Origin: an uncultured bacterium
Lineage (GTDB): Bacteria; Fermentibacterota; Fermentibacteria; Fermentibacterales; JCC-6
NCBI GenBank assembly: GCA_964604135.1
Contig: CAZRXU010000002.1
Span: 636 to 64,635 of the forward strand
Direction of reading: 5' to 3'
DNA: 64,000 nt
Numbering within the stretch: position 1 is the stretch's first letter; each line of letters starts with the position of its first letter. The notes under the pieces were generated by a model, which saw only the letters and a list, made by a program, of their open reading frames with translations, was not told the origin of the DNA and made no database searches. A program made the position numbers and the translations under genes. Positions 35,593 to 43,593 of this stretch are shown one piece after another.

Positions 35593-36831
35593 ATGTCAAC
35601 AGTAAGACCGTTCAGGGGCCTTAGACCCGGAAAAGAGTTTGCGGAACAGATTGCTTCGCCACCCTACGATGTGCTTGATTCACAGGAGGCAAGAGATCTG
35701 GTTAAAAACAACCCGTTGAGTTTCCTGAGAGTAGTTAAGCCTGAAGTAGACCTTTCGCCTGAGGTTGATCTCTACAGCGATCAGGTTTACCAGCAGGGGG
35801 CGAGGAACCTCCGCCGGCTCATGGAAGACGGTTTGATGGTGCAGGACAGTGAACCCTGTTTCTACTTTTACCGTCAGGTAATGGGTGATCACTCTCAGAC
35901 TGGTCTTGTGGCTTCAGTTTCCGCAGAAGACTACGATAACGATGTGATAAAGAAGCACGAATTCACAAGGAAAGAGAAGGAAGAAGACCGCATCCGCCAC
36001 ATTGAAACCCAGAATGCACAGTGTGGCCCGGTGTTTCTTACATACCCCGATCTTGCAGAACTTGACGATATCCAACAGTCTGTTTGTCAGAAGGAACCCA
36101 CCTACGATTTTACCGCAGATGACGGTATCAGGCATACTTTCTGGGTTGTTTCCAACTTGGAAGTTACGAACAGAATCCAGAAGATATTTTCGACAGAAGC
36201 TCCCTTCCTCTACGTTGCTGATGGGCACCACAGAAGCGCGTCCGGAGCAATCATTGCGAACAAAAGGAAGCAGGCGAACCCTGGGCACACAGGTCTTGAG
36301 GAGTACAATTACTTCCTTGCTGTGATATTCCCCAAAAGCCAGATGAAGATACTAGCTTACAACCGTGTAGTTCAAGACTTAAATTTCCGTACACCCGGGC
36401 AGCTTGTGCAGCAGATTTCGAAGAAGTTCGCAGTAGAGAAGACTGGCCTCAAGCAGCCGTCGGGGAACCAGCAGTTCAGCATGTATCTGGATGGAGACTG
36501 GTACACAATTAAACCGCTTAACGGTAGTTTTCCGGCGGAAGACCCGGTAAAGAGCCTGGACGCAAGTATTCTTCAGGAGAATCTTCTCGATCCTGTTTTT
36601 GGTGTGGAGAATCCCAGAACAGCTGCACATATTAAATTTGTCGGCGGTATCAGGGGAACATCCGAACTTGAGAAACTTGTTGATTCCGGAAAATATTCGG
36701 TTGCCTTCTCAATGTATCCCACATCGGTGGATCAGCTTATTGCAGTGGCAGACAGCGGGAACGTAATGCCTCCGAAATCAACATGGTTTGAGCCAAAGCT
36801 TCGCAGCGGGCTGGTGGTTCATGTTTTATAA
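35593..36831 (+). CDS. DUF1015-family protein
   Basis: RPF.GLRP......I.SPPYDV near the N-terminus and the ADGHHR motif. GGAGGA upstream of the ATG. Confidence 0.8.
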   Translation: MSTVRPFRGLRPGKEFAEQIASPPYDVLDSQEARDLVKNNPLSFLRVVKPEVDLSPEVDLYSDQVYQQGARNLRRLMEDGLMVQDSEPCFYFYRQVMGDHSQTGLVASVSAEDYDNDVIKKHEFTRKEKEEDRIRHIETQNAQCGPVFLTYPDLAELDDIQQSVCQKEPTYDFTADDGIRHTFWVVSNLEVTNRIQKIFSTEAPFLYVADGHHRSASGAIIANKRKQANPGHTGLEEYNYFLAVIFPKSQMKILAYNRVVQDLNFRTPGQLVQQISKKFAVEKTGLKQPSGNQQFSMYLDGDWYTIKPLNGSFPAEDPVKSLDASILQENLLDPVFGVENPRTAAHIKFVGGIRGTSELEKLVDSGKYSVAFSMYPTSVDQLIAVADSGNVMPPKSTWFEPKLRSGLVVHVL

Positions 36832-37315
36832 ATTGAGCACAACAGGGCTTGCTGTTCTGGTAATTCTGGGAGCTGGATGCGGAAACCACCCTGCTTCCGA
36901 CTCCGTAAAGGCTTTTACAATTGCTCTGGCCGACTCTTCATGGTCTGATGCGTGGCAGCTTCTAACACCTGATACCCGTGCTGTATGGGATTCCACAGCT
37001 GTAGTTTTCCACCAGTTCGGATACAGGGAGAGTTCCGAATTCCTTGCATCACTCAGTGTTCCGGTAACGCAGGAAGAGTTTGCAGCAATGGATGGTGAAA
37101 TGCTTTTCACCAGAATGGTACAGACTTCAGGTGAGGTTTCTGACTTGTCCAGTTCTGTTCGGGGTGTTGAGCTTACTGATTCAACTACGGCCCTTGTTCG
37201 TATTGCCACTTCCCAGGGCGAGCAGATTATTCCGGTAAAGCTTGTGGGTGATCGCTGGTTGCTTGATCTCACAACGCTTACACCGCCGCCTGAACTTGAA
37301 GCGAACGATGAATAG
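36821..37315 (+). CDS. Small lipoprotein, function unknown
   Basis: MFYKLSTTGLAVLVILGAGC-G lipobox. ATG 36821 overlaps the DUF1015 stop by 11 nt. Confidence 0.55.
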   Translation: MFYKLSTTGLAVLVILGAGCGNHPASDSVKAFTIALADSSWSDAWQLLTPDTRAVWDSTAVVFHQFGYRESSEFLASLSVPVTQEEFAAMDGEMLFTRMVQTSGEVSDLSSSVRGVELTDSTTALVRIATSQGEQIIPVKLVGDRWLLDLTTLTPPPELEANDE

Positions 37316-37333
37316 AATGGGAGTTTCAGGCGT

Positions 37334-37969
37334 TTGATAAAGCAACTGAAGAGGGAGCTGAAAGATTCGGAGTACAGAAGGTACCAGCTGAAGAGTATTG
37401 TGTTCTTCGGTGTAGGTGTGGTTGTTCTTGCAATGATCGCCGGATATTTCTTCAGACAGAGCCCGGCCCGGCCTCCCACAGGGCTGGCTGGTATTGCCTG
37501 TGATTTCCCCAGCGGGAGGTGGTTCAACACCGCAGAACCTCTCAGTCTGTATGACCAGCTTCGAGGGCATGTTGTGGTTGTTCTTTTCAACGATTTCAAC
37601 ACCCTGTCTGACCTGGAAGATCTTTCCAGGTTCAGTGAGCTGAACCGTCTGTTCGTCGATCAGTCTATGTTTGGAATTGTTGTATTGACCAGCGGAGAAA
37701 CAGCAACCGCAGATTCTCTTGTAAATCAGTGGCAGATTGACTGCCCTGTGCTGGCTGACCCGGACAGTGTGGCAATGCAGACTTTCGGCATAAGAGCTCT
37801 TCCGGCGGTTCTTGTTATTGACTCACGAGCAAGGGTTGCCGCGCGTTACTATGAAGACTGGCAGAGGATACCCATTGAAGCCGTAATACAGGATCTTCTG
37901 GATCAGGGAGTTGCCACACATTCACTGGCAGCTGTGAAATTTGTACCCGGCACTACGGATCTGCAGTGA
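37334..37969 (+). CDS. Membrane-anchored thioredoxin-fold (TlpA/redoxin-like) protein lacking the CxxC motif
   Basis: N-terminal TM segment. GHVVVVLFNDFNTLSD occupies the position of GK.V.V.FWA.WC..C. Downstream FGIRALPAVLVIDSRARV matches the cis-Pro region. TTG start. Confidence 0.55.
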   Translation: MIKQLKRELKDSEYRRYQLKSIVFFGVGVVVLAMIAGYFFRQSPARPPTGLAGIACDFPSGRWFNTAEPLSLYDQLRGHVVVVLFNDFNTLSDLEDLSRFSELNRLFVDQSMFGIVVLTSGETATADSLVNQWQIDCPVLADPDSVAMQTFGIRALPAVLVIDSRARVAARYYEDWQRIPIEAVIQDLLDQGVATHSLAAVKFVPGTTDLQ

Positions 37970-37991
37970 TAACCAACGGAAAGAGGATGCA

Positions 37992-39116
37992 ATGATACAA
38001 CCCCATGGAGGAGAACTGGTCAACAGAACCATAACTGAAGACCAGCTTTCCGGTAATGCCATGGTTTTAAATTTGAATGAACGGGAGAAAAACGACCTCG
38101 AGATGATAGGCTGCGGAGCTATGAGCCCTCTTGAGGGTTTTATGGTAAGCGCAGACTACAACTCTGTGGTAGACAGCATGCGCCTTGCCAGCGGTACTGT
38201 GTGGAGTCTCCCGGTTGTTTTTTCAAAGAAAGCAGATGATCCTGAAGTTTCCGTGGGTGATGAGGTTGTTTTTAACTACAACGGTGTTCTTCGGGGAACC
38301 ATGAAGGTTGAAGAGATATTTCAGGCTGACCTTATGCACGAAGCCCGCAAGACACTTCTTACCGACGACGAAAACCACCCGGGGGTTCAGTATCTTAACA
38401 GCATCAGCGGCACATACATTGGCGGGCAGATAAGTGCCATTGATATGCGTGACCACGAGCCTTTCAGAGAACACAGGCTAATTCCGGAAGAGACCAGAGC
38501 ACTTTTTCAGGAAAAGGGCTGGAAGAGTATCGTTGCCTTTCAAACAAGAAATCCTATCCACCGTGCTCACGAGTACCTGCAGAAAGTTTCTCTGGAAATG
38601 GTGGACGGCCTGCTTGTTCATCCTCTGGTAGGGGCCACAAAGGCCGATGATATTCCGGCTGACGTAAGAATGAAATGTTACGAAACCATTCTTGAAAAGT
38701 ACTACCCCGCAGACAGAACAGCTCTAAGTGTTTTCCCGGCTGCCATGCGCTATGCCGGTCCCAGGGAGGCGATCTTCCACGCGCTTATAAGGAAGAATTA
38801 CGGCTGCACCCATTTTATAGTGGGCAGAGATCACGCAGGTGTGGGAGACTACTACGGCACCTACGATGCACAGACAATATTTGAGTCTTTCGAGCCGGAA
38901 GAGATAGACATAATTCCTTTGAAGTTTGAGCACGCTTTTTACTGCAATACCTGTGGCGGTATGGCCACGGCAAGAACATGCCCCCATACAGGAGCTGACA
39001 GAGTGTTTCTCTCCGGCAAGAAAGTAAGAGCCATGCTCAACGATGGAATACTTCCTCCGCCTGAATTCACCCGTCCTGAGATTGCTCAGATTCTTATGGA
39101 AGCGGTATCGAAGTAA
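37992..39116 (+). CDS. sat: Sulfate adenylyltransferase (ATP sulfurylase)
   Basis: MIQPHGGELVNR, QTRNPIHRAHEYL and GRDHAGVG motifs. AAGAGGA upstream of ATG 37992. Confidence 0.92.
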   Translation: MIQPHGGELVNRTITEDQLSGNAMVLNLNEREKNDLEMIGCGAMSPLEGFMVSADYNSVVDSMRLASGTVWSLPVVFSKKADDPEVSVGDEVVFNYNGVLRGTMKVEEIFQADLMHEARKTLLTDDENHPGVQYLNSISGTYIGGQISAIDMRDHEPFREHRLIPEETRALFQEKGWKSIVAFQTRNPIHRAHEYLQKVSLEMVDGLLVHPLVGATKADDIPADVRMKCYETILEKYYPADRTALSVFPAAMRYAGPREAIFHALIRKNYGCTHFIVGRDHAGVGDYYGTYDAQTIFESFEPEEIDIIPLKFEHAFYCNTCGGMATARTCPHTGADRVFLSGKKVRAMLNDGILPPPEFTRPEIAQILMEAVSK

Positions 39117-39117
39117 A

Positions 39118-39155
39118 AGTATCCCCTGTGTCTTTTAAAGACGCAGGGGATACTT
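39118..39155 (-). terminator. Hairpin terminator closing the rSAM-peptide transcription unit (shared convergent gap with sat)
   Basis: AGTATCCCCTG (39118-39128) pairs with CAGGGGATACT (39144-39154). On the minus strand the stem is followed by TTTTAC; on the plus strand there is no T-run. Confidence 0.55.
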
Positions 39156-39216
39156 ACTGCCAGAAAGGTTGTTTGTTCAGTATAACTGAAGGATTAGGCT
39201 GGAAGCCTACATCCAG

Positions 39217-39357
39217 TTACCCATTTTGTACGCACACAGCCTGGAAGCAGTGACAGTCGGGCCCGCACACGGCCTGGAAGCAATGACAGTCGGGCCCGCA
39301 CACTGCTTGATGACAATGACAGGAATCAACCATACCCGTTTTTACAATATTACTCAT
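39217..39357 (-). CDS. 46-aa Cys/His-rich triple-repeat peptide (candidate RiPP precursor): MSNIVKTGMVDSCHCHQAVCGPDCHCFQAVCGPDCHCFQAVCVQNG
   Basis: Hand translation of the minus strand. ATG at 39357 lies 4 nt after the rSAM stop (39362-39364) and TAA is at 39217-39219. 9 Cys and 4 His. Encoded by a 33-bp tandem repeat whose two inter-copy differences (CAT/CAC, GCC/GCT) are synonymous in this frame only. Below the 60-aa cutoff of the ORF track. No clear SD, so coupling to the rSAM stop is assumed. Confidence 0.7.
   Translation of the reverse strand: MSNIVKTGMVDSCHCHQAVCGPDCHCFQAVCGPDCHCFQAVCVQNG
39232..39323. repeat. 33-bp tandem repeat, about 2.8 copies
   Basis: 39232-39264 and 39265-39297 differ at 2 of 33 positions. 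39298-39323 is a diverged partial third copy. Confidence 0.9.
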
Positions 39358-39361
39358 GGGC

Positions 39362-40669
39362 TCATTTACAAATTTCATTCCCACTTCCTTTCTGTTTTCC
39401 GGCAGTTAATGATATATAAGAACCAGTGATTGATTTTATGTACTCGCTATCTGACTTATAGAGGCACTTAGGTTCCCGATTCATTACAGCATTCCTTGGG
39501 CACCCCCCTCCACAACTAGGCAAATATGAACACTCATAGCACGGACTTCCCGGCAAGTAAGGATCCCACCCTGCCCATTTCGAAAAGGTGACAATATCTT
39601 CCTCCGCCGAATCATCAAAAATAGTACTGCTACTCTCATTGTCATCCAGATGCTCCCAGCATCTAACGAGTTTGCCGTTTGGAAGCACAACACCGGGTTT
39701 TAAAGAGCTTGCTCCGCAGCCTCCCACGAATGAGTAAATATTTCTGAGGGTAACCTGTTCAACTGGCAGAGTTTCAGCAATTTTTTTCTGGGTATTTGAA
39801 TAGAACTCGGTATCTCCCTGACAGGACAAATCAACCGGGGCGAGATGAACATCTGTAAGAGGCAGGGGTGCAATCATTTCCTTAAGCTTGTTGATCTCGT
39901 CCAGTTTAGGATCCTTGACATTCATTCTTACATGAATCTGAACAATACCGGCACATGCTTTTATATTCTGTATAATTCTGTCGTATGTGCCACTTCCATT
40001 TGCCAGGGGTCTGTTGGAGTCATGAATCTCTTTCGAGCCATCAATGGTTACCTGTATGTGGCTGATACCGCACTCTTTCAGCTTCTGCAAACGCTCCGGA
40101 GAAAGGAGATACCCGTTGGTGATCATACCTGCATCGAAGGTGGCGCCACTACTCTCTACCGCTTTCTTGCATCGTTTTGCAATATCAATGCATTTATCAT
40201 ATTCGAGAAGAGGTTCTCCCCCGTATAGTGTAAGGGAAAACTGTTTTCCTTCGAATTCTTCTGCCTTCTTAACAACCTGCTCTAGAACTTCATCTGTTAT
40301 CGAATCACCTCCTTCAAGGATCGAATGCTCAAAACAGTAGGTACACCGAAAGTTACATTTTCTGGTCATCACTAAAGTATAGTTACTCATTAATGTAGGC
40401 ATAATAAACTTCGATGAATTATAACTGATTCGTAAAAGGTTTCTTTCATCAAGTTCATCCTGAATAATATATCCACCATGTTTTAAAGCACTCACTAACT
40501 CATTTCCCATTGTTGCGAGAGAGTCATCTATGCTGTCATTACCAGCGAACAACTCCTTGAGAGAGTTAACATTTTCCTTTTCGAGAACCGCCATTGCTCC
40601 AGTGAATCCATTGTATGCTATTGTATTACCTTCGTGCTCTACAATCCAGTTGTAACGTGACAGTTTCAC
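39362..40669 (-). CDS. Radical SAM / SPASM-domain enzyme with an N-terminal extension of about 100 aa (peptide-maturase architecture)
   Basis: CX3CX2C at C105/C109/C112 (RKCNFRCTYCFE). C-terminal SPASM signature CX2CX5CX3C (CYECSYLPSCGGGC), plus upstream Cys in GGCGAS and VRCWE. GTG start at 40669 with AAGGGGGA 4-5 nt upstream. Confidence 0.88.
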   Translation of the reverse strand: MKLSRYNWIVEHEGNTIAYNGFTGAMAVLEKENVNSLKELFAGNDSIDDSLATMGNELVSALKHGGYIIQDELDERNLLRISYNSSKFIMPTLMSNYTLVMTRKCNFRCTYCFEHSILEGGDSITDEVLEQVVKKAEEFEGKQFSLTLYGGEPLLEYDKCIDIAKRCKKAVESSGATFDAGMITNGYLLSPERLQKLKECGISHIQVTIDGSKEIHDSNRPLANGSGTYDRIIQNIKACAGIVQIHVRMNVKDPKLDEINKLKEMIAPLPLTDVHLAPVDLSCQGDTEFYSNTQKKIAETLPVEQVTLRNIYSFVGGCGASSLKPGVVLPNGKLVRCWEHLDDNESSSTIFDDSAEEDIVTFSKWAGWDPYLPGSPCYECSYLPSCGGGCPRNAVMNREPKCLYKSDSEYIKSITGSYISLTAGKQKGSGNEICK

Positions 40670-40770
40670 TGAATCCCCCTTAATAATATGAAGCCATAAT
40701 ACACCTGCAGCATTGTCTGGTCAATTCGCCTGGAATTGAGCAATGCTAACCACTCTTGGCCAGAAAAAGC

Positions 40771-40799
40771 ATTATTAAGATGATTTACAGTTAAGTCAA
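40771..40799 (-). promoter_or_regulatory. Possible sigma70-type promoter for the rSAM-peptide unit
   Basis: Minus strand reads TTGACT (40799-40794), a 17-nt spacer, then AATAAT (40776-40771). This would give a leader of about 95 nt. Pattern match only. Confidence 0.25.
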
Positions 40800-41036
40800 G
40801 GCAATACCAATGCCTATTCTTAGCGTCTTATCAGCACAACACGCCTGCAATACAATTATCCATACATGTATGTTGTTGCATGATGTATATGGCGTTTGCT
40901 TATTGTCAGGATAGTGCGAATACGGTAGTAGATGAATGCTGCAGTAATCAAGGAGGGTAATGGTGTCGCTCAAACAGCATTACCACCTCTTTTACATTGT
41001 CGAAACGGGTTAGTACTTCTGTCAACACCAGTTGAG

Positions 41037-41063
41037 CAGGGGGATTCAGTGCAAATCCCCCTG
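41037..41063 (-). terminator. 10-bp perfect hairpin downstream of sppA (possible terminator/insulator)
   Basis: CAGGGGGATT (41037-41046), loop CAGTGCA, AATCCCCCTG (41054-41063). No T-run on either strand. Confidence 0.3.
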
Positions 41064-41170
41064 TCCGGAATGATCGTATCCCATCAAACCACAAACAAAG
41101 GAGGCAAAGCACTCACCTGTCAGTCAGAACGAAAAAATCCATGAAACAGGGAAGGCAGAAGGAATTCCGG

Positions 41171-43534
41171 TTATTCGATAACAAGCTCCGGGGCCAGATA
41201 CAGAGGTCCTTCAATGTTGACGAAAGGGTCTTGCGTTACAGCTTCCAGTGTTCCAAGCGCAGAAAGACCTCCCAGGGGAAAACTGATAGAGCCCAGCCCT
41301 GTAAGCTTAGGGAACACAACGATATCAGGGTTGCCATTGATGTCAGCAAGCCTTGCAGCGTGGGCAACCGCGTCCATTACGCCTCCGTTGTAGTCAACCA
41401 GGCCGAGTTCAAGAGCATCGGCACCGGACCACACCCTGCCCTGACCTATAGCATCTATCTCATCAAAGGTTTTGTTTCTGCCACGGGCAACTGTGGAAAC
41501 GAACAGGTTGTAGCCTTCGCGCATGGCATCGAACTGACTTTCGCGCTGTTCTGCCGTGCACGGTTCAAAGATATTGCCCGGGACTCCAGCGGGCTGAATT
41601 TCAACTTTCTCTACATTTACGCCTATTCTGCTGAGCAAATCTCCGAACACGAATTTACCGCTGATGATTCCAATGGATCCGGTTACAGTGAATTTATCTG
41701 CAAAAATCGCGTCTGCCCCGCAGGCAATGTAGTAACCTCCGCTTGCAGCAGCACTGCCCATGCTTACCACTACAGGCATTCTTTCCCTGATGTTTTCCAC
41801 TGTGTGGTTAATATCATCGCTTGCCATGGCATCGCCGCCACCGGAGTTGATCCTAAGAACAACAGCTTTGACTCCCGGTGTGTTTGCGGCCTGTTCCAGC
41901 ATTCCTGTGACAGTTTCACTGCCCATGGTACGACCGAGAATAGATGTGCCGCTGTGCCCGTTAATAATATTCCCGTCGGCGACTACAACTGCAATGCGGG
42001 GGTCGAACCCCCAGTTGGAAGAGGCCTCGGGCAGGTCGTTGTAGAAATCAGTACTCATTGTTGTTACAGAACAGTTCAACTCATGGCCTACATAGCTTTC
42101 AAATTGATCTCTGTACAGCAGTGTGTCTACAAGGCCTGTAATAACCATAGATTCACCGGCAAATGCAGACCGGGAAAACAGAACACTCATCTGAGCCGGT
42201 TCAAACCCTCTTCCTTCAGTAACTCCTCTGATAAATTCTGTTTTGTATGATTCCAGCATGGCTGTGGTCGCCTCTATCTGGGCATCTGATATACCATGCT
42301 CTGTAATCATATCACTGAAACTTTTGTAGGCACCTATGTGCATGAGGTCGGGGTAAATACCTATGTTGTCAAGCAGACCCCTGATAAAGAAAGTGTAGCT
42401 GGTGAAACCGCTAATGGAAACCTGACCCGCTTTGTGCATACAGATGGTTCTGGCCGCTGCTGCAGTGTAGTACGAGCTGTTCCCGGAGTTGTTCATATAG
42501 GCGAACACAGGTTTTCCAAGTGAACGGTAATCGACCATTATACTTCTGAGTTCTTCGGACTGCGCTGCACTCAGGGAGTAGCCGGAAAAATCTATAAGAA
42601 GCCCTTTTACCCTGGAGTCGTGAGCACCGGATGCAAGAGCTGCCATCTGTTCGGTGAAGCAGGAAACCCTGGGGCCCAGAAAGGCACGGCCTGGAAGCTC
42701 GTTCCCGTTGTCTGCACTGTAGCTGAGGAACTTTGGCAGAGGTTCGATGATGCTTGGCTGGGAATGCTCGTTAAGGATAATTCCGGTAGTTGCACTAAGG
42801 TAATCACCGTCGTGAATATCGGCTCCGGCGGTTATACCCGCCTTTCCGAAATCAAGCTGTATACCTGCTGTCAGCACCTGATCTTCGCCGTAAGCGCATC
42901 TGAATGTTAGGCCGTCTATTGCCCGAAGTTCCGCGCCCGCCGACCACCGGTTGTCAATGATTCCCGATGCAAACCTGTAGTCGCCGGTCAAAGTAACTGT
43001 TTCATCGCCCAGAGGGCGAAGAGCAACGCCTGCAATGTAGCAGCCGTCGATGTCTCCTGTGGATGTTCGGGCAGTTGCCCCGATGCCTATGTGGTCGTCC
43101 GGTCTGATGTTAATACCCAGTGTGAGGAATTTCTCACCGGCCTGAGGGTGGTTTTTCACTGTGGGGTCGTACCATGTGAATCCAAGCCCTGCCGAGAAGG
43201 CGTTACCGAACTGGTAGGCTCCTGATGTAGTAAACCGTCTCAGGCTCTGATTGTCTTCCCACCATCCGGCAAAACCGCCTGATCTGTCTTCTATTGAAAA
43301 TCGGTCAATGTGTTCAAATGTACTGTCGCTGAATACAGCTCCTGCCCTGAAACGAGTTCCGTTGAGCCAGCTAGTTCCAGCCGGGTTGATCAGCAGAGTG
43401 TTGCCTGCTTCGGGATATGCCGTCCACCAGAATGGTACAGAGGGACCGGGAGCCGGATCCATAGCCCAGGAGAAAAGGGCCAGGGCAACAAAAACGGAAC
43501 CAACCATAATACACCACCTTTCAATTGCAGACAA
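41171..43534 (-). CDS. sppA: Signal peptide peptidase SppA (67K type, two S49 domains) with a beta-rich N-terminal extension of about 270 aa
   Basis: S49 motifs VVLRINSGGG...SMGSAAASGGYYIACGAD.IFA...TVTGSIGI, plus a first degenerate S49 repeat. N-terminal region Gly/aromatic rich. Alternative start at Met10. Confidence 0.8.
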   Translation of the reverse strand: MSAIERWCIMVGSVFVALALFSWAMDPAPGPSVPFWWTAYPEAGNTLLINPAGTSWLNGTRFRAGAVFSDSTFEHIDRFSIEDRSGGFAGWWEDNQSLRRFTTSGAYQFGNAFSAGLGFTWYDPTVKNHPQAGEKFLTLGINIRPDDHIGIGATARTSTGDIDGCYIAGVALRPLGDETVTLTGDYRFASGIIDNRWSAGAELRAIDGLTFRCAYGEDQVLTAGIQLDFGKAGITAGADIHDGDYLSATTGIILNEHSQPSIIEPLPKFLSYSADNGNELPGRAFLGPRVSCFTEQMAALASGAHDSRVKGLLIDFSGYSLSAAQSEELRSIMVDYRSLGKPVFAYMNNSGNSSYYTAAAARTICMHKAGQVSISGFTSYTFFIRGLLDNIGIYPDLMHIGAYKSFSDMITEHGISDAQIEATTAMLESYKTEFIRGVTEGRGFEPAQMSVLFSRSAFAGESMVITGLVDTLLYRDQFESYVGHELNCSVTTMSTDFYNDLPEASSNWGFDPRIAVVVADGNIINGHSGTSILGRTMGSETVTGMLEQAANTPGVKAVVLRINSGGGDAMASDDINHTVENIRERMPVVVSMGSAAASGGYYIACGADAIFADKFTVTGSIGIISGKFVFGDLLSRIGVNVEKVEIQPAGVPGNIFEPCTAEQRESQFDAMREGYNLFVSTVARGRNKTFDEIDAIGQGRVWSGADALELGLVDYNGGVMDAVAHAARLADINGNPDIVVFPKLTGLGSISFPLGGLSALGTLEAVTQDPFVNIEGPLYLAPELVIE

Positions 43535-43593
43535 TATACCTGTCCTGTACGCTATAACTTAGCAAATCAGCAATGTGTAATGCAAAATACGGT

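Noticed and set aside
39232-39323. Possible CRISPR array or other non-coding repeat.
   Set aside because: - The copies are directly adjacent with no spacers.
- There are only about 2.8 copies, and no cas genes.
- The repeat period is a multiple of 3 and a Cys-rich frame is conserved.
39226-39429. Plus-strand 67-aa ORF across the tandem repeat (MYAHSLEAVTVGPAHGLEAMTVGPAH...).
   Set aside because: - It has a TTG start and no SD.
- It runs antisense into the 3' end of the rSAM gene.
- The two differences between repeat copies are non-synonymous in this frame but synonymous in the minus frame.
The minus-strand 46-aa peptide is preferred.
40664-40711. 15-codon minus-strand mini-ORF (MLQVYYGFILLRGIQ) whose TGA overlaps the rSAM GTG start.
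   Set aside because: It is too short and featureless to support. Its sequence includes the rSAM Shine-Dalgarno site, which explains the apparent coupling.
40791-40973. 60-aa minus-strand ORF upstream of the rSAM gene, considered as a second precursor peptide or small protein.
   Set aside because: - It has a TTG start.
- It has no repeat or recognisable core motif.
- It lies in AT-rich sequence where random ORFs are common.
- A putative promoter overlaps its 3' end.
It cannot be excluded without comparative data.
41141-42250. 369-aa plus-strand ORF.
   Set aside because: It lies entirely antisense to the well-supported sppA gene, has Cys/Ser/Arg-rich low-complexity translation and no motif. 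It is a shadow ORF.
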